NCBI GenBank assembly: GCA_023954375.1
Contig: JAMLIC010000006.1
Location: forward strand, 82,972 to 146,971
DNA: 64,000 nt
Reading direction: 5' to 3'
Origin: Planctomycetota bacterium
GTDB lineage: Bacteria; Planctomycetota; J058
Translations under genes and position numbers: made by a program
Part shown: one piece after another, positions 21,379 to 30,622 of the stretch
Layout: the number at the start of each line of letters is the position of its first letter
How positions within the stretch are numbered: the stretch's first letter is position 1
Notes under the pieces: model-generated
Database searches by the model: none
Seen by the model: only the letters and a program-made list of their open reading frames with translations
What the model was told of the DNA's origin: nothing

Positions 21379-22534
21379 GCGCGCCGCCCGTCGCGAGCCG
21401 TCCGCCCAGCGCGAGCAGCCGCCCGAGCGTCTCCGCCGCCCGGGCCAGGCGCGGCGCGGCGTCCCGCGCGGCCTCGTCGGGTGCCTGGAGCCGGGTGACC
21501 GCCGCCAGGGCCGCCACGAGCCCCTCGTCGTCGAGGGCCGCGGCGTCGTCCGTCACCTGCCCGGCGAGCGCGACGACCGGCCGCCCCAGGGCGCGCGCCC
21601 GGCGCAGCGCCAGGAGCGGCGCCTTGGCCCGGCGCGTCTGCGCGTCGAGCGAGCCCTCGCCCGTGACGACGAGGTCGGCGCCCGCGGCGCGCGCGTCGAA
21701 GCCCACGGCGTCGAGCACGAGGTCGGCGCCCGACACGAGCCGCGCGCCGAGGAGCGCCGCCAGGCCGGCGCCCAGGCCTCCGGCCGCCCCGGCCCCGGGG
21801 AGGCCGGCCACGTCGGCGCCGAGGTCGCGCCGCAGCGCCTCGCCCCAGCGGGCCAGGGCCGCGTCGAGCGCGCGCGCGACCTCGGGGCTGGCGCCCTTCT
21901 GCGGGCCGAAGACGAGCGACGCGCCCTCGGGCCCCGTGAGCGGGCTGAGGACGTCGCAGGCGCACGTGACGTGGAGCGCCGCGCGCAGCGCCGTGAGCCG
22001 CGAGCCCGGCTCGACGCGGTCGAGCCGCGCCAGCGCCGCGCCGCCGGGCGGGAGGTCGCGGCCGTCCGCGTCGAGCAGCCGCGCGCCCAGGGCCTGCGCC
22101 AGGCCGGCGCCCCCGTCGTTGGTGCCGGTGCCGCCGAGCCCGACGATCACCTCCGTCAGCCCCGCGTCGGCGACGGCCAGGAGCAAGTCCCCCAGCCCGC
22201 GGCTCGTGGCCGTCTGCGGGTCGCGGCGCCCGGGCGCGACGAGCCCCAGACCGCAGGCCGCGGCCGCCTCGACGACGGCGGTCCGACCGTCGCCCAGGAC
22301 GCCCCAGGCGGCGCGCACGCGCCCGCCGTCCGGCCCCGTGACCTCGACCTCGCGCCGCTCGCCGCCGCTGGCCTCGACCAGCGCGTCCACGGTCCCCTCG
22401 CCGCCATCGGCGATCGGCAGGAGGTCGAGCGCCACCCCCGGCAGCCCGCGAACGAGGCCGACGGCGATGGCGCGCGCCGCCTCCTCGGCGGTCAAGGTGC
22501 CCTTGAACTTGTCCGGCGCGACCAGGACCCGCAT
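21374..22534 (-). CDS. glxK: Glycerate kinase
   Basis: MRVLVAPDKFKGTLTAEEAA...ADGGEGT...GGLGAG is the glycerate kinase family signature. Paired with the downstream hydroxypyruvate reductase-type dehydrogenase. Confidence 0.8.
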   Translation of the reverse strand: MRVLVAPDKFKGTLTAEEAARAIAVGLVRGLPGVALDLLPIADGGEGTVDALVEASGGERREVEVTGPDGGRVRAAWGVLGDGRTAVVEAAAACGLGLVAPGRRDPQTATSRGLGDLLLAVADAGLTEVIVGLGGTGTNDGGAGLAQALGARLLDADGRDLPPGGAALARLDRVEPGSRLTALRAALHVTCACDVLSPLTGPEGASLVFGPQKGASPEVARALDAALARWGEALRRDLGADVAGLPGAGAAGGLGAGLAALLGARLVSGADLVLDAVGFDARAAGADLVVTGEGSLDAQTRRAKAPLLALRRARALGRPVVALAGQVTDDAAALDDEGLVAALAAVTRLQAPDEAARDAAPRLARAAETLGRLLALGGRLATGGAP

Positions 22535-22577
22535 GCCATTCGAGGTTAGCCTGTCCGGCCACCCCGCGGAGAGGACC

Positions 22578-22961
22578 ATGAGCGACGCGACGACGACGGA
22601 CTCGGGCGAGCAGGGCAAGGGCGGCCTGCCGAAGTGGGTGGCGCTCATCCCCGTGGTGCTGATCCTCGCCACCATGGGCGCGATCGGCTACCACCACGCC
22701 ACGCGCAACAAGGTGCGCCACGAGGCGGGCAGCCTCACGGGCGAGCAGCTCTACCGCGCCTACTGCGGCCGCTGCCACATGCCCGACCTCAAGGGCGCCG
22801 GCGCCTACCCCGGCCTCCTCGGCCGCGAGGTGCCGCCCGAGGAGTTCCGGCAGCTCGTCCTCCAGGGCAAGGGCCTCATGCCGGCCTTCCCCGAGCTCGT
22901 CGAGGGCGACGTCGAGCGCCTGCGCGCCTACGTCGACGAGCGGCGCGCGGGGGGCGGCTGA
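22578..22961 (+). CDS. Membrane-anchored class I cytochrome c
   Basis: N-terminal TM helix, CGRCH haem-binding motif, and a distal Met (GLMPAF). Confidence 0.7.
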   Translation: MSDATTTDSGEQGKGGLPKWVALIPVVLILATMGAIGYHHATRNKVRHEAGSLTGEQLYRAYCGRCHMPDLKGAGAYPGLLGREVPPEEFRQLVLQGKGLMPAFPELVEGDVERLRAYVDERRAGGG

Positions 22962-23010
22962 CGCGGCACACCGCGCTCACCTGAGCGTCGGTAGCATTCA
23001 GCCCCCCTCC

Positions 23011-24384
23011 ATGGACGCGCCCGCGACGACCGCCGCCGCCTCGCCCGACGCCCCGGCCGGCGACCTCCTCGCGGGGCCGCTCGACGGGCCGCTCGTGCGC
23101 CTGGCCGTGCCGCTCCTGTTCGGCTACCTGGCGAACCTCGCCTTCAACTGGCTGAACATGCTGTTCGTCGAGCGCCTGTCCGAGGCGGCGCTCGCCGCCG
23201 TGAGCTCCTCGGCCTACGTCTACTGGGGCATGATCTCGCTGGCCGAGGTCGCCTCGGTCGGCACCCTCGCGCTCGTGGCGCGCGCCGTGGGCGCGCGCGA
23301 CCCGCGCGCGGCGGGCGCCGCGGCGCTGACCGGCGCCGCGCTCGGCCTGGCGCTGGGCGTCGGCCTGGCCGTGGCCGGCCCCTGGATCGCGCCCGGGCTG
23401 ACCGCGGCGCTCGGCCTCACGGGCGAGACGGCGCGCCTGTCGGCCCGCTACCTCGAGCTCCTGTTCCTCTGCTACCCCGGGCTCGCCGGTTTCCTCGTCC
23501 TCGAGTCGATCTGCCGGGCCGCCGGCCGGACGGTCATGCCCATGGCGGTGCTGGCCGGCGCCTTCGGGCTCAACGCGCTCCTCGACTGGCTCCTGATCTT
23601 CGGCGCCGGGCCGATCCCCGCGCTCGGCGTCGAGGGCGCGGCGATCGCCACGATCATCGCGCGCGCGCTCGCCGCCCTCGTGCTCCTCGGCTACGTCGTC
23701 GCGCGGCGCGACGCGCTGGGCCTCGCCTGGCCGGGCTGGCGGCTCGAGCCGGCGAGGGTCCTGCGCGTGGTGCGGATCGGCCTGCCGGCGGCGACGGCGG
23801 GCGTCGGCTTCGCCGCGATCTACGTGGCGCTCAACCACCAGACGGCGGCCTTCGGCATGACGGCCGTGGCGGCGCTCGGGGTGGGGCTGCGGATCGAGGG
23901 CCTGGCGTTCCTCATCGCGCAGGCGGTCGGGCGGGCGGCGGCCACGATGGCCGGCCAGAACCTCGGCGCGGGGCAGATCGAGCGCGCGAAGGCCGCCGCC
24001 TGGCGGGGGGTCGTCCACGGCTGGGTGGCGATGCTGCCGCTGACGCTGGCGATGGTCCTCGCGCCGCACGAGATCGCCCAGGCCGTCGTCCCCAACCAGC
24101 CGCTCGTCGCCGTGGCGGCGGCCTCCTACCTGCGGATCGCCGGGTTCGCCCTGCTCGGCATGTCGCTCGAGGTGGTCCTCGAGAACGTGGCCGGCGGGGT
24201 CGGCGACACGCTGCCGGCCATGGCGATCGAGGTCGTCGGCACCGCCCTGCGTCTGCCGATCGCGTGGGCGCTGGCGCTGACCGGGATGGGCTACCACGCC
24301 GTGTGGTGGGCGGTCGCGTCGACCTGCGTGCTCAAGGGGCTCGCCTTCTGGGTGTGGTTCCGGCGCGGCGGCTGGGCGCGGTGA
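23011..24384 (+). CDS. MATE-family multidrug efflux transporter
   Basis: 457 aa, 12 predicted TM helices, with the typical MATE N-terminal pattern (FNWLNMLFVERLSEAALAAV). Confidence 0.7.
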   Translation: MDAPATTAAASPDAPAGDLLAGPLDGPLVRLAVPLLFGYLANLAFNWLNMLFVERLSEAALAAVSSSAYVYWGMISLAEVASVGTLALVARAVGARDPRAAGAAALTGAALGLALGVGLAVAGPWIAPGLTAALGLTGETARLSARYLELLFLCYPGLAGFLVLESICRAAGRTVMPMAVLAGAFGLNALLDWLLIFGAGPIPALGVEGAAIATIIARALAALVLLGYVVARRDALGLAWPGWRLEPARVLRVVRIGLPAATAGVGFAAIYVALNHQTAAFGMTAVAALGVGLRIEGLAFLIAQAVGRAAATMAGQNLGAGQIERAKAAAWRGVVHGWVAMLPLTLAMVLAPHEIAQAVVPNQPLVAVAAASYLRIAGFALLGMSLEVVLENVAGGVGDTLPAMAIEVVGTALRLPIAWALALTGMGYHAVWWAVASTCVLKGLAFWVWFRRGGWAR

Positions 24385-24440
24385 CCGCGAACCAGCGGTG
24401 ACGGTCTGGTGACCAGCGGCAGGCGGCGGGACGGCCGGCT

Positions 24441-27400
24441 ATGCTGCGGCCGATGCCCGAGCCGGCGCCCGACGAGCCACCCGCCCCGCTGCACTCGCCG
24501 CCGCCCGACGACGTCGAGCTCCCGCCGATCTTCGACGTGCCGTCCCCGCCGCTTGCAACCAGCGGCGAGCTCCCGCCGGAGCTGGTCCTCCCGGCGCCCG
24601 CGCCCGCACCGCCCGCACCGCCCGCCCTGTCAGCCGCGCCGGGCGCCGCGTCCGGCCGGCGCAAGGCCCGCCTGTCGGCGTCGTCGAGCCGGCTGCGCCT
24701 GCTCGAGCAGCCCAGCGCGCCGCCGCGCCGGCGCCGGGTCGCGGTCGCGCTGCTGGTCGTCGCGGTCCTCGGCGCGGCGGCCGGCCTGGTCGCGGTCGGA
24801 CTGCGGCCGCAGCCCTTCGTCCCCACGTCGCTGGGGGCGCTCGAGGTCCACGTCGACGGGTTGGCCGCTGAAGGCCGCTACGCCGAGGCGATCGCCGCGC
24901 TGGAGGCCTGCCCGCCGGCGATCCGGCGGGTGGCCACGGGCGAGTTCCTCGAGCGCCGGGCGGCGCCCCTGCGCCGCGCGCTCGCGTTCCAGGGCGAGCT
25001 CGAGGCCGCCCTCGCCGGGGGGCGGACCGCGCTCGAGGACATGGTCCTGCGGGTCGAGCGCTACGACGTCGACCCCGACCTCCTCGCCCTGCCCATCGTG
25101 GCCCCCTGGAGGGCCCGGGCGCGCGCGGCGCTCGGCCCGAAGGCCTACGACGACCTGGCCGTGTTCGGCCGCGACGACGCGCCCGTGGCGGCGCCTGCGC
25201 CGACGCGTCCCGCGCCGGCGCCCGCTGCAGGCCCTGCAGGACCGGTGATCGAGCGCCTCGACGACCCCGAGCGGCGCGAGGCGATGGCGGCCGCGGCGCG
25301 GCGCGCGGCGGCGCGCGTCGACGCGCCGGTCCGCCCTGGCCGAGCGCGAGGCGGCCGCGGCCGCGCGGCTGGCCGCCGAGGCCGCCCGCGCGGCCAGGGA
25401 CCCGCGCCCGCTCGCCGTCCCGGCGGGGCGCGGGCGGCCGGCCGGCGAGGGCCGCCTCGTGGGCCACGGGGCGCGGCGCTTCGTCGTGCAGGTCGCGCCC
25501 GGCGACGTGCGGACCTTCACCTGGGCCGACGCGCCGCCGGCGCTCGCCTGCGACGTGCTCGAGCGCGTGATCGACCTCGACGACGCCGACGACCGCCGGC
25601 GGGTGGCCCTGGCGGCCCTCCGCGGCGGCCTGTTCGAGCGGGCGCAGGGGCACCTCGACGCCGCGCGGGCGCTCGACGTGGACCTGGCCCTCCCGGACCC
25701 CGCCCCCCTCGTGCCGCTGGCGCGGCTGTTCCGCGGCGCGGGCGAGGTCGGCGCGGACGGGGTCGCGCTGACCTACGAGTTCGAGCGCGAGGACGAGCTG
25801 CGCGACCTGCGCGCGCTGGCCTACTCCGAGGCGCGCCTCGACGGCGGGGACCTGGTCCTCGCCTCCGGGCTCCTGGCGCTGGCCGCGCTCACGGGCGAGG
25901 ACCTCCCGCCCGAGGCGGCCGTGGGCTTCGCCAGCCTGCGCGGCCGGTGGCGCGGCCTCGAGCTGGAGCTCGCGCTGGCCACGCCCAAGGCCGACCTGCT
26001 GCTGGGCCTCAGCGGCGCCGTCGTCGCCGTGGGTCCGGGCGGCGCGGGCTGGGGGACGTGGTCCGAGCTGGCGACGCTGAGGACGAAGGGGCGGCTCGCG
26101 CCGGGCGTCCCCCTGCGCGTCGGGCTGTGGCCGGTCGACGAGGGGCGGGTGCGGGTCGTCGTCAAGCAGGGGGCGGAGGGGCTCCTCGAGGCGGTCGTGC
26201 CGTCGCCGTCGCCGCTGGAGCTGGTCCTCGGCGCGCGCGGCGGCCCGGTGCGCGTCCAGCGCCTCGCCCTTCGCGGGGCGCTCGACCCCGCCTGGCTCGA
26301 GGTCGAGCGCGAGCGGGTGCCGTTCCTGCTCGAGGTCGAGCTCGACCGCTGGCGGCGCCGCGTCGAGGCCGAGGCGCGCGAGCAGGGCGCGCTCCCGCCG
26401 CACCTCGACGTGACGAGCGCCGAGGACGAGGCGGCGCTCGCCGGCGTGCCGCGCTCCGCGCGCCAGCTCCTGGCGCAGGCCCGCGCCCGGCTGCGCGCCG
26501 GCGACCAGGCCGGGGCCGAGGAGCTGACACGGCGGGCCGTCGCCGAGGGCCGCGGCCGCTACTGGGCGGCGGAGTATCTGCTGGCGCAGCTCGAGCTCGA
26601 CCGCGGAGGGCGCCACGCGGCGAGCCTCGAGGGGCCGCGGATCCGCCTCGACCACGCGCTGGCCGCGATCGACGACTTCTTCGAGGCGCTCGCCGCCCGC
26701 AGCCGCGTGCACCTCGAGGCCGGGCGCCTCGACGAGGCGCGGCGCGACGCCGACGCGGCGATCGCGCTCCGGCCCGACCACGCCCCGGCGAGGCTCGCCC
26801 GCGCCTGGGTGGCCTTGCAGGAGGGGCAGCTCGACCTGGCGGTCGACGAGGCCCGCCTGGCGGCGACGCTGGCCGACGGGCTCGGCGACGCCCTCGAGCA
26901 GCTCGAGGCCCTGCGCGACGGCCCGCCCTGGAACGACCCGGTCACGAGAGAGACGGTCGGCTACCGGGTGACGACCGACATGCCCGCGCGGCTCGACGCC
27001 TTCCTCGCGGCGCTCGAGGCCACGCGCGCCGCCCTCCCGCGCGTGTTCCCCTGCCTGCGCGCGCGCCCCGGCGCCCCGGTGCGCGTGGGCCGCGTGCTCC
27101 TCTTCTCGCGCGCCGAGGACTACCACCGCTTCGCCTGGCGCACGACGGGCGACCGCAAGGAGTCCACGGCCGGCTACTTCAGCCCGCGCGCCGGCGTCCT
27201 GCACATCTACGACAGCCCCGAGGGGCCCGAGCAGACGCTGCGCGTCCTGCGCCACGAGGCCACGCACCAGTGGGTCCACGCGCTCGGCCTCGAGCTGCCC
27301 TACTGGGCCAACGAGGCGATCGCCGACTACCTGGGCGGCTACGACCCGTCCACCGGCAAGAGCCGCCCCGACCCGCAGCAGGTGCGCGCCCTGGTCGAGG

Positions 27401-27717
27401 GCAAGGACCGCCTGCGCTCGCTCTTCGACCTGATGACGCTCTCGCCGACCGAGTTCTACTCCGGCGACGTCTACCTGCAGTACGCGCAGGCCTGGTCGTT
27501 CGTGCATCACTGCATGGAGGGCGACGACCCCCTGCTCAAGGCGGCGCTCTTCGCCTACCTGGCGAAGCACGGCGAGGGGCAGGCCGGCGACCGCTCGCGC
27601 CAGGCCGGCGTCTCGCTCGAGCACATCTACGCGGCGACCTTCCACCAGCTCGACATGGCGAAGGTCGAGCGCGCGTGGTGGGCGCACGTGGAGCGGATGG
27701 CCAGGGAGTCCCCGTGA
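24441..27717 (+). CDS. Large Pro-rich/TM/helical-repeat protein with C-terminal DUF1570 (HExxH) domain; apparent -1 frameshift near 25315
   Basis: The N-terminal 290 aa (Pro-rich, TM helix VAVALLVVAVLGAAAGLVAVGL) are in the frame of track ORF 24441... From about 25320 the sensible translation (LAEREAAAAARLAAEAARAA...) continues in the frame of ORF 25459..27717. That ORF ends with DUF1570-like HEATHQWVH...WANEAIADY. The first frame then degenerates to Arg-rich nonsense up to 27755. Confidence 0.6.
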
Positions 27718-27751
27718 GCATGAAGCTGAGCCTGCTGGTCGTCGACGCCTC

Positions 27752-28639
27752 GTGACGGCGACCGAGGTGGATGGGGCTGAAGGCTGGCGGCTCGTGATCT
27801 ACGACAGCCCCCAGCACACGTGGGCCTATGTGCACGCCGCGCTCCAGGGCGCGCTCGGCCTCGACCCCGACGACGCCCAGGACGTGGTCGTCCGCGTCCA
27901 CTTCGACGGCCGCGGCATCGTCGCCGTGGCCGACCCGCAGGCGGGGGTCGAGGCGTTCGAGCGGTTGGTCGCTCTCGGCCCTGACCCGGATCACCCGGAC
28001 TCGGACGGGAGCCTGGTCATCGGCCTCGAGCGCGTCCAGGGCGGAGCGACGGACGTCGTCAAGCGAGGACGTCGCACCGCGAGCGGCTTTCAGTCCATGG
28101 ACCTCGAGGCCGTCGAGCAGTTCCTCGGCTGCGAGCTCGCCGACTACGACACCGACCCCAGCGCGGCGGGGCCGCCGCTGCTCGTGGTCGAAGGCAGGCC
28201 GGCCCCGTGGTGGCGGCACCCGTGGTGGCTGCTGTTCATCCTCCCTCCGACCTTCTTCGTGCTCCTCGTCATCGTCCCCCTGGGGCTGCTCCCGTGGGTC
28301 CCCCCCGCGCTCGGAGCGCCGACGACCGGGTCGCTGCTCGTGCTCATGGCGCTGGCGGCCGCGCCGCTGTTCGTGCTGTTCTCGCTCGGCATGCGGACCA
28401 CCGGCTCCGCGGAGGTCTTCCGTGACCGGATCGTGATCCGGGGCAAGGGCGTCGTGCCGTTGACGGTGCGCTGGGACGAGCTCGTCGGGTTCCGCGACGC
28501 GTCCGACTTCGTCCAGCTCCTGCGGGCGCACCGCCTCCCCGACCCTGCCCTCACGATCCCCACTCGCGACGACGCCGAGCGGGCGGCGCTGCTCGACACC
28601 TTGATGAAGTGCGGCCTGCGTAGAGATGACGGCGCCTGA
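27752..28639 (+). CDS. ClpS-like (N-end rule adaptor fold) domain fused to polytopic membrane domain
   Basis: WRLVIYDSPQHTWAYVHAALQGALGLDPDDAQDVVVRVHFDGRGIVAV matches the ClpS core (Y.V.L.NDD.T...V...L......A...M..VH..G). Three or four TM helices follow. Confidence 0.55.
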   Translation: MTATEVDGAEGWRLVIYDSPQHTWAYVHAALQGALGLDPDDAQDVVVRVHFDGRGIVAVADPQAGVEAFERLVALGPDPDHPDSDGSLVIGLERVQGGATDVVKRGRRTASGFQSMDLEAVEQFLGCELADYDTDPSAAGPPLLVVEGRPAPWWRHPWWLLFILPPTFFVLLVIVPLGLLPWVPPALGAPTTGSLLVLMALAAAPLFVLFSLGMRTTGSAEVFRDRIVIRGKGVVPLTVRWDELVGFRDASDFVQLLRAHRLPDPALTIPTRDDAERAALLDTLMKCGLRRDDGA

Positions 28640-28649
28640 CGCGGCGGCC

Positions 28650-29063
28650 TCAGGAGGCGGTGAGTCGGCCTTCGACCCAGTCGAGGATCGGCTGCAGCCG
28701 CGGCGGCAGGAGCCCTCGCGCCTCGGCCAGCGTCACCCAGCGCCCCTCGTGGTGCTCGGGCCGCCCCAGCGCCGGGTTGATCGGCAGGACGACGTCGCGG
28801 CGGCCCGTCCGCGCCATGAAGTAGGTGGCGACCTTCCCGCGGGCGTAGGGCGCCGTGTCGGCGCCGTCCGTGCCCCAGGGGAACTCGAGGTCGTCGAGCG
28901 CGGCCTCCTCGCGGGCCTCGCGGACGGCCGCCGCGAGCGGCGCCTCGCCGGGCTCGACGCGCCCCTTGGGGAAGTCCCAGTTCTTGTAGGCGCGGAGGAT
29001 GAGCACCCGCCAGCCGTCCGGCTCGGCGCGCAACGGCACGACCCCCGCCGAGCGCTCTCCCAT
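28650..29063 (-). CDS. NUDIX hydrolase
   Basis: Nudix box GRVEPGEAPLAAAVREAREEAAL (GX5EX7REUXEEXGU). ATG at 29063 (MGERSAGVVPL). The track ORF extends upstream to 29273 artefactually. Confidence 0.75.
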   Translation of the reverse strand: MGERSAGVVPLRAEPDGWRVLILRAYKNWDFPKGRVEPGEAPLAAAVREAREEAALDDLEFPWGTDGADTAPYARGKVATYFMARTGRRDVVLPINPALGRPEHHEGRWVTLAEARGLLPPRLQPILDWVEGRLTAS

Positions 29064-29133
29064 GTCCCCGACGGTAGGCAGGGGCGGGCCGGGGTCAAGG
29101 GGGGGCGTCGCCCGGCGCGTGTAAGATGCAGCC

Positions 29134-29343
29134 ATGGACGAGGCGCGCCGCGTGCAGCTCGAGGTGTTCCGCCGCTGGCCCCCGGCGGAGCGCGTGCGTC
29201 GAGGCATGGAGCTGACGAGGCTGGCCCTCGCCGCGCGCGACGCGCGGCTGCGCCGGCAGCATCCGGACGCCACCGAGGAGGAGCTGCGCTGGATCCGCGC
29301 CCGCGAGGCGCTGGGGCTCCCTCACGACGCCCCCTTGCCCTGA
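29134..29343 (+). CDS. Small hypothetical protein (69 aa)
   Basis: GC3-rich ORF in the gap between the NUDIX gene and the downstream operon. No homology recognised. Confidence 0.35.
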   Translation: MDEARRVQLEVFRRWPPAERVRRGMELTRLALAARDARLRRQHPDATEEELRWIRAREALGLPHDAPLP

Positions 29344-29392
29344 CGCAGGGTCCCGTGGCCGGTCTGCCGGCCCCCCTGTAGAGTGGCCCCGC

Positions 29393-30622
29393 GTGAGCAA
29401 GGACAAGAAGAAGAAGCGGCAGAAGGACCTGCACCGGCGGCTCAGCCAGCGGCCGCAGGCGCCCGACCTGATGGCCGCGGCGCAGGTGCTCTCGCAGCCG
29501 GACCGCTTCGCGGCCGCCCTGCGGCTGTTCTCCGAGCGCGCGCTGCTCACGCCGGGCCTGGCGGGCTTCCGCCTGCCGCACGGGCCGCTCCTCGACGCGC
29601 TCCTGGAGCGCCCGGCGCCCCCGCAGGGCGAGGGGGACGACGCGGCGCGGCGCCGGGCGGTGCGGGCGGAGCTCATCCCGCGCCTGGCCTCGCCCGCGCT
29701 CCTGCACGAGCTCCAGGCGGCGATCCAGCGCGGCAAGAAGGACGTGCAGGCCGAGCCGGAGCTCATGGCGCTCTTCGCGGCGCAGGCCCTGGCAACGGCC
29801 TGCCGCGAGGTCAACGGCGCGCCCGACCACGTCTTCTGGGAGCTGCCGTTCGACATCACCGTCACCGACCTGCTGCTGTCGGGCGAGCTCGTCTCGGAGG
29901 TCGCCGCCCGGGCGCTCGCGATCGACGAGGCCAAGGTGGCGGGCGCCTTCGCGCGCGCGCTGGTGCAGGGCGAGACCTCGCGCGAGCTCGACGAGCTGGG
30001 CGTCCACGAGCGCGACCCGGCGCGCCTCGCCGCGAGGTGGGCCGAGGCGGCGCGCGAGCGCGAGCCCTACCACCTGCAGCTCGACGCCGTCCTGCACCTC
30101 CTGTGGGTGCAGCAGCAGGAGGTCGTGCGCGGCGACGAGGTCCTGCGCGTCGGGCTCACCGCCGCGCGCCGCGAGCAGATGACCCGGGCGGTCGAGGCGG
30201 CCTACGTCGAGGACATGACCGAGCAGGTGCGCGAGGACCTGACCCGCTGGTCGCGCGGGCGCCTGCTCCAGCTCCGCGACGAGCCGCCGCAGATCGCGAA
30301 GGACGCCGTCGAGCACGAGCGGCTGCGCTGCGCCGCCCTGCACCTGGGGCTGCGCACGCTCCCCGCCGAGGAGGACGCGCTCCTGAGGGCGATCCACGCC
30401 CGGAGCCTGCTCCTGGCGCGGCGGCGCGCGCCGTCGATCGAGGTGCCGTTCGTGCACGAGGTCTCGGCGAAGCCCGACGACCTGTTCGCGATCGACGAGT
30501 TCGAGCGGTTCCTCACCGAGCGCGGCGACGTGACGCGCGCGCGGCGCGTGCGCCGCTACCGCGAGTTCGTGCGCAAGGCGCGCGAGGAGGCCCAGGCCGC
30601 GCAGGCTGGAGGCGGCGCGTGA
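29393..30622 (+). CDS. Conserved hypothetical protein (409 aa), Lys-rich N-terminus
   Basis: MSKDKKKKRQKD... Its stop overlaps the start of the next gene (GTGA). I recognise no domain. Confidence 0.5.
   Translation: MSKDKKKKRQKDLHRRLSQRPQAPDLMAAAQVLSQPDRFAAALRLFSERALLTPGLAGFRLPHGPLLDALLERPAPPQGEGDDAARRRAVRAELIPRLASPALLHELQAAIQRGKKDVQAEPELMALFAAQALATACREVNGAPDHVFWELPFDITVTDLLLSGELVSEVAARALAIDEAKVAGAFARALVQGETSRELDELGVHERDPARLAARWAEAAREREPYHLQLDAVLHLLWVQQQEVVRGDEVLRVGLTAARREQMTRAVEAAYVEDMTEQVREDLTRWSRGRLLQLRDEPPQIAKDAVEHERLRCAALHLGLRTLPAEEDALLRAIHARSLLLARRRAPSIEVPFVHEVSAKPDDLFAIDEFERFLTERGDVTRARRVRRYREFVRKAREEAQAAQAGGGA

Noticed and set aside
20385-22961. 858-aa plus-strand ORF spanning the glxK and 2-hydroxyacid dehydrogenase loci
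   Set aside because: Only its last 127 codons (22578-22961, membrane cytochrome c with CGRCH) are credible. The remainder is antisense to two well-supported minus-strand enzymes.
24439-27687. 1082-aa minus-strand ORF
   Set aside because: It is antisense to the DUF1570 protein gene and has no features.
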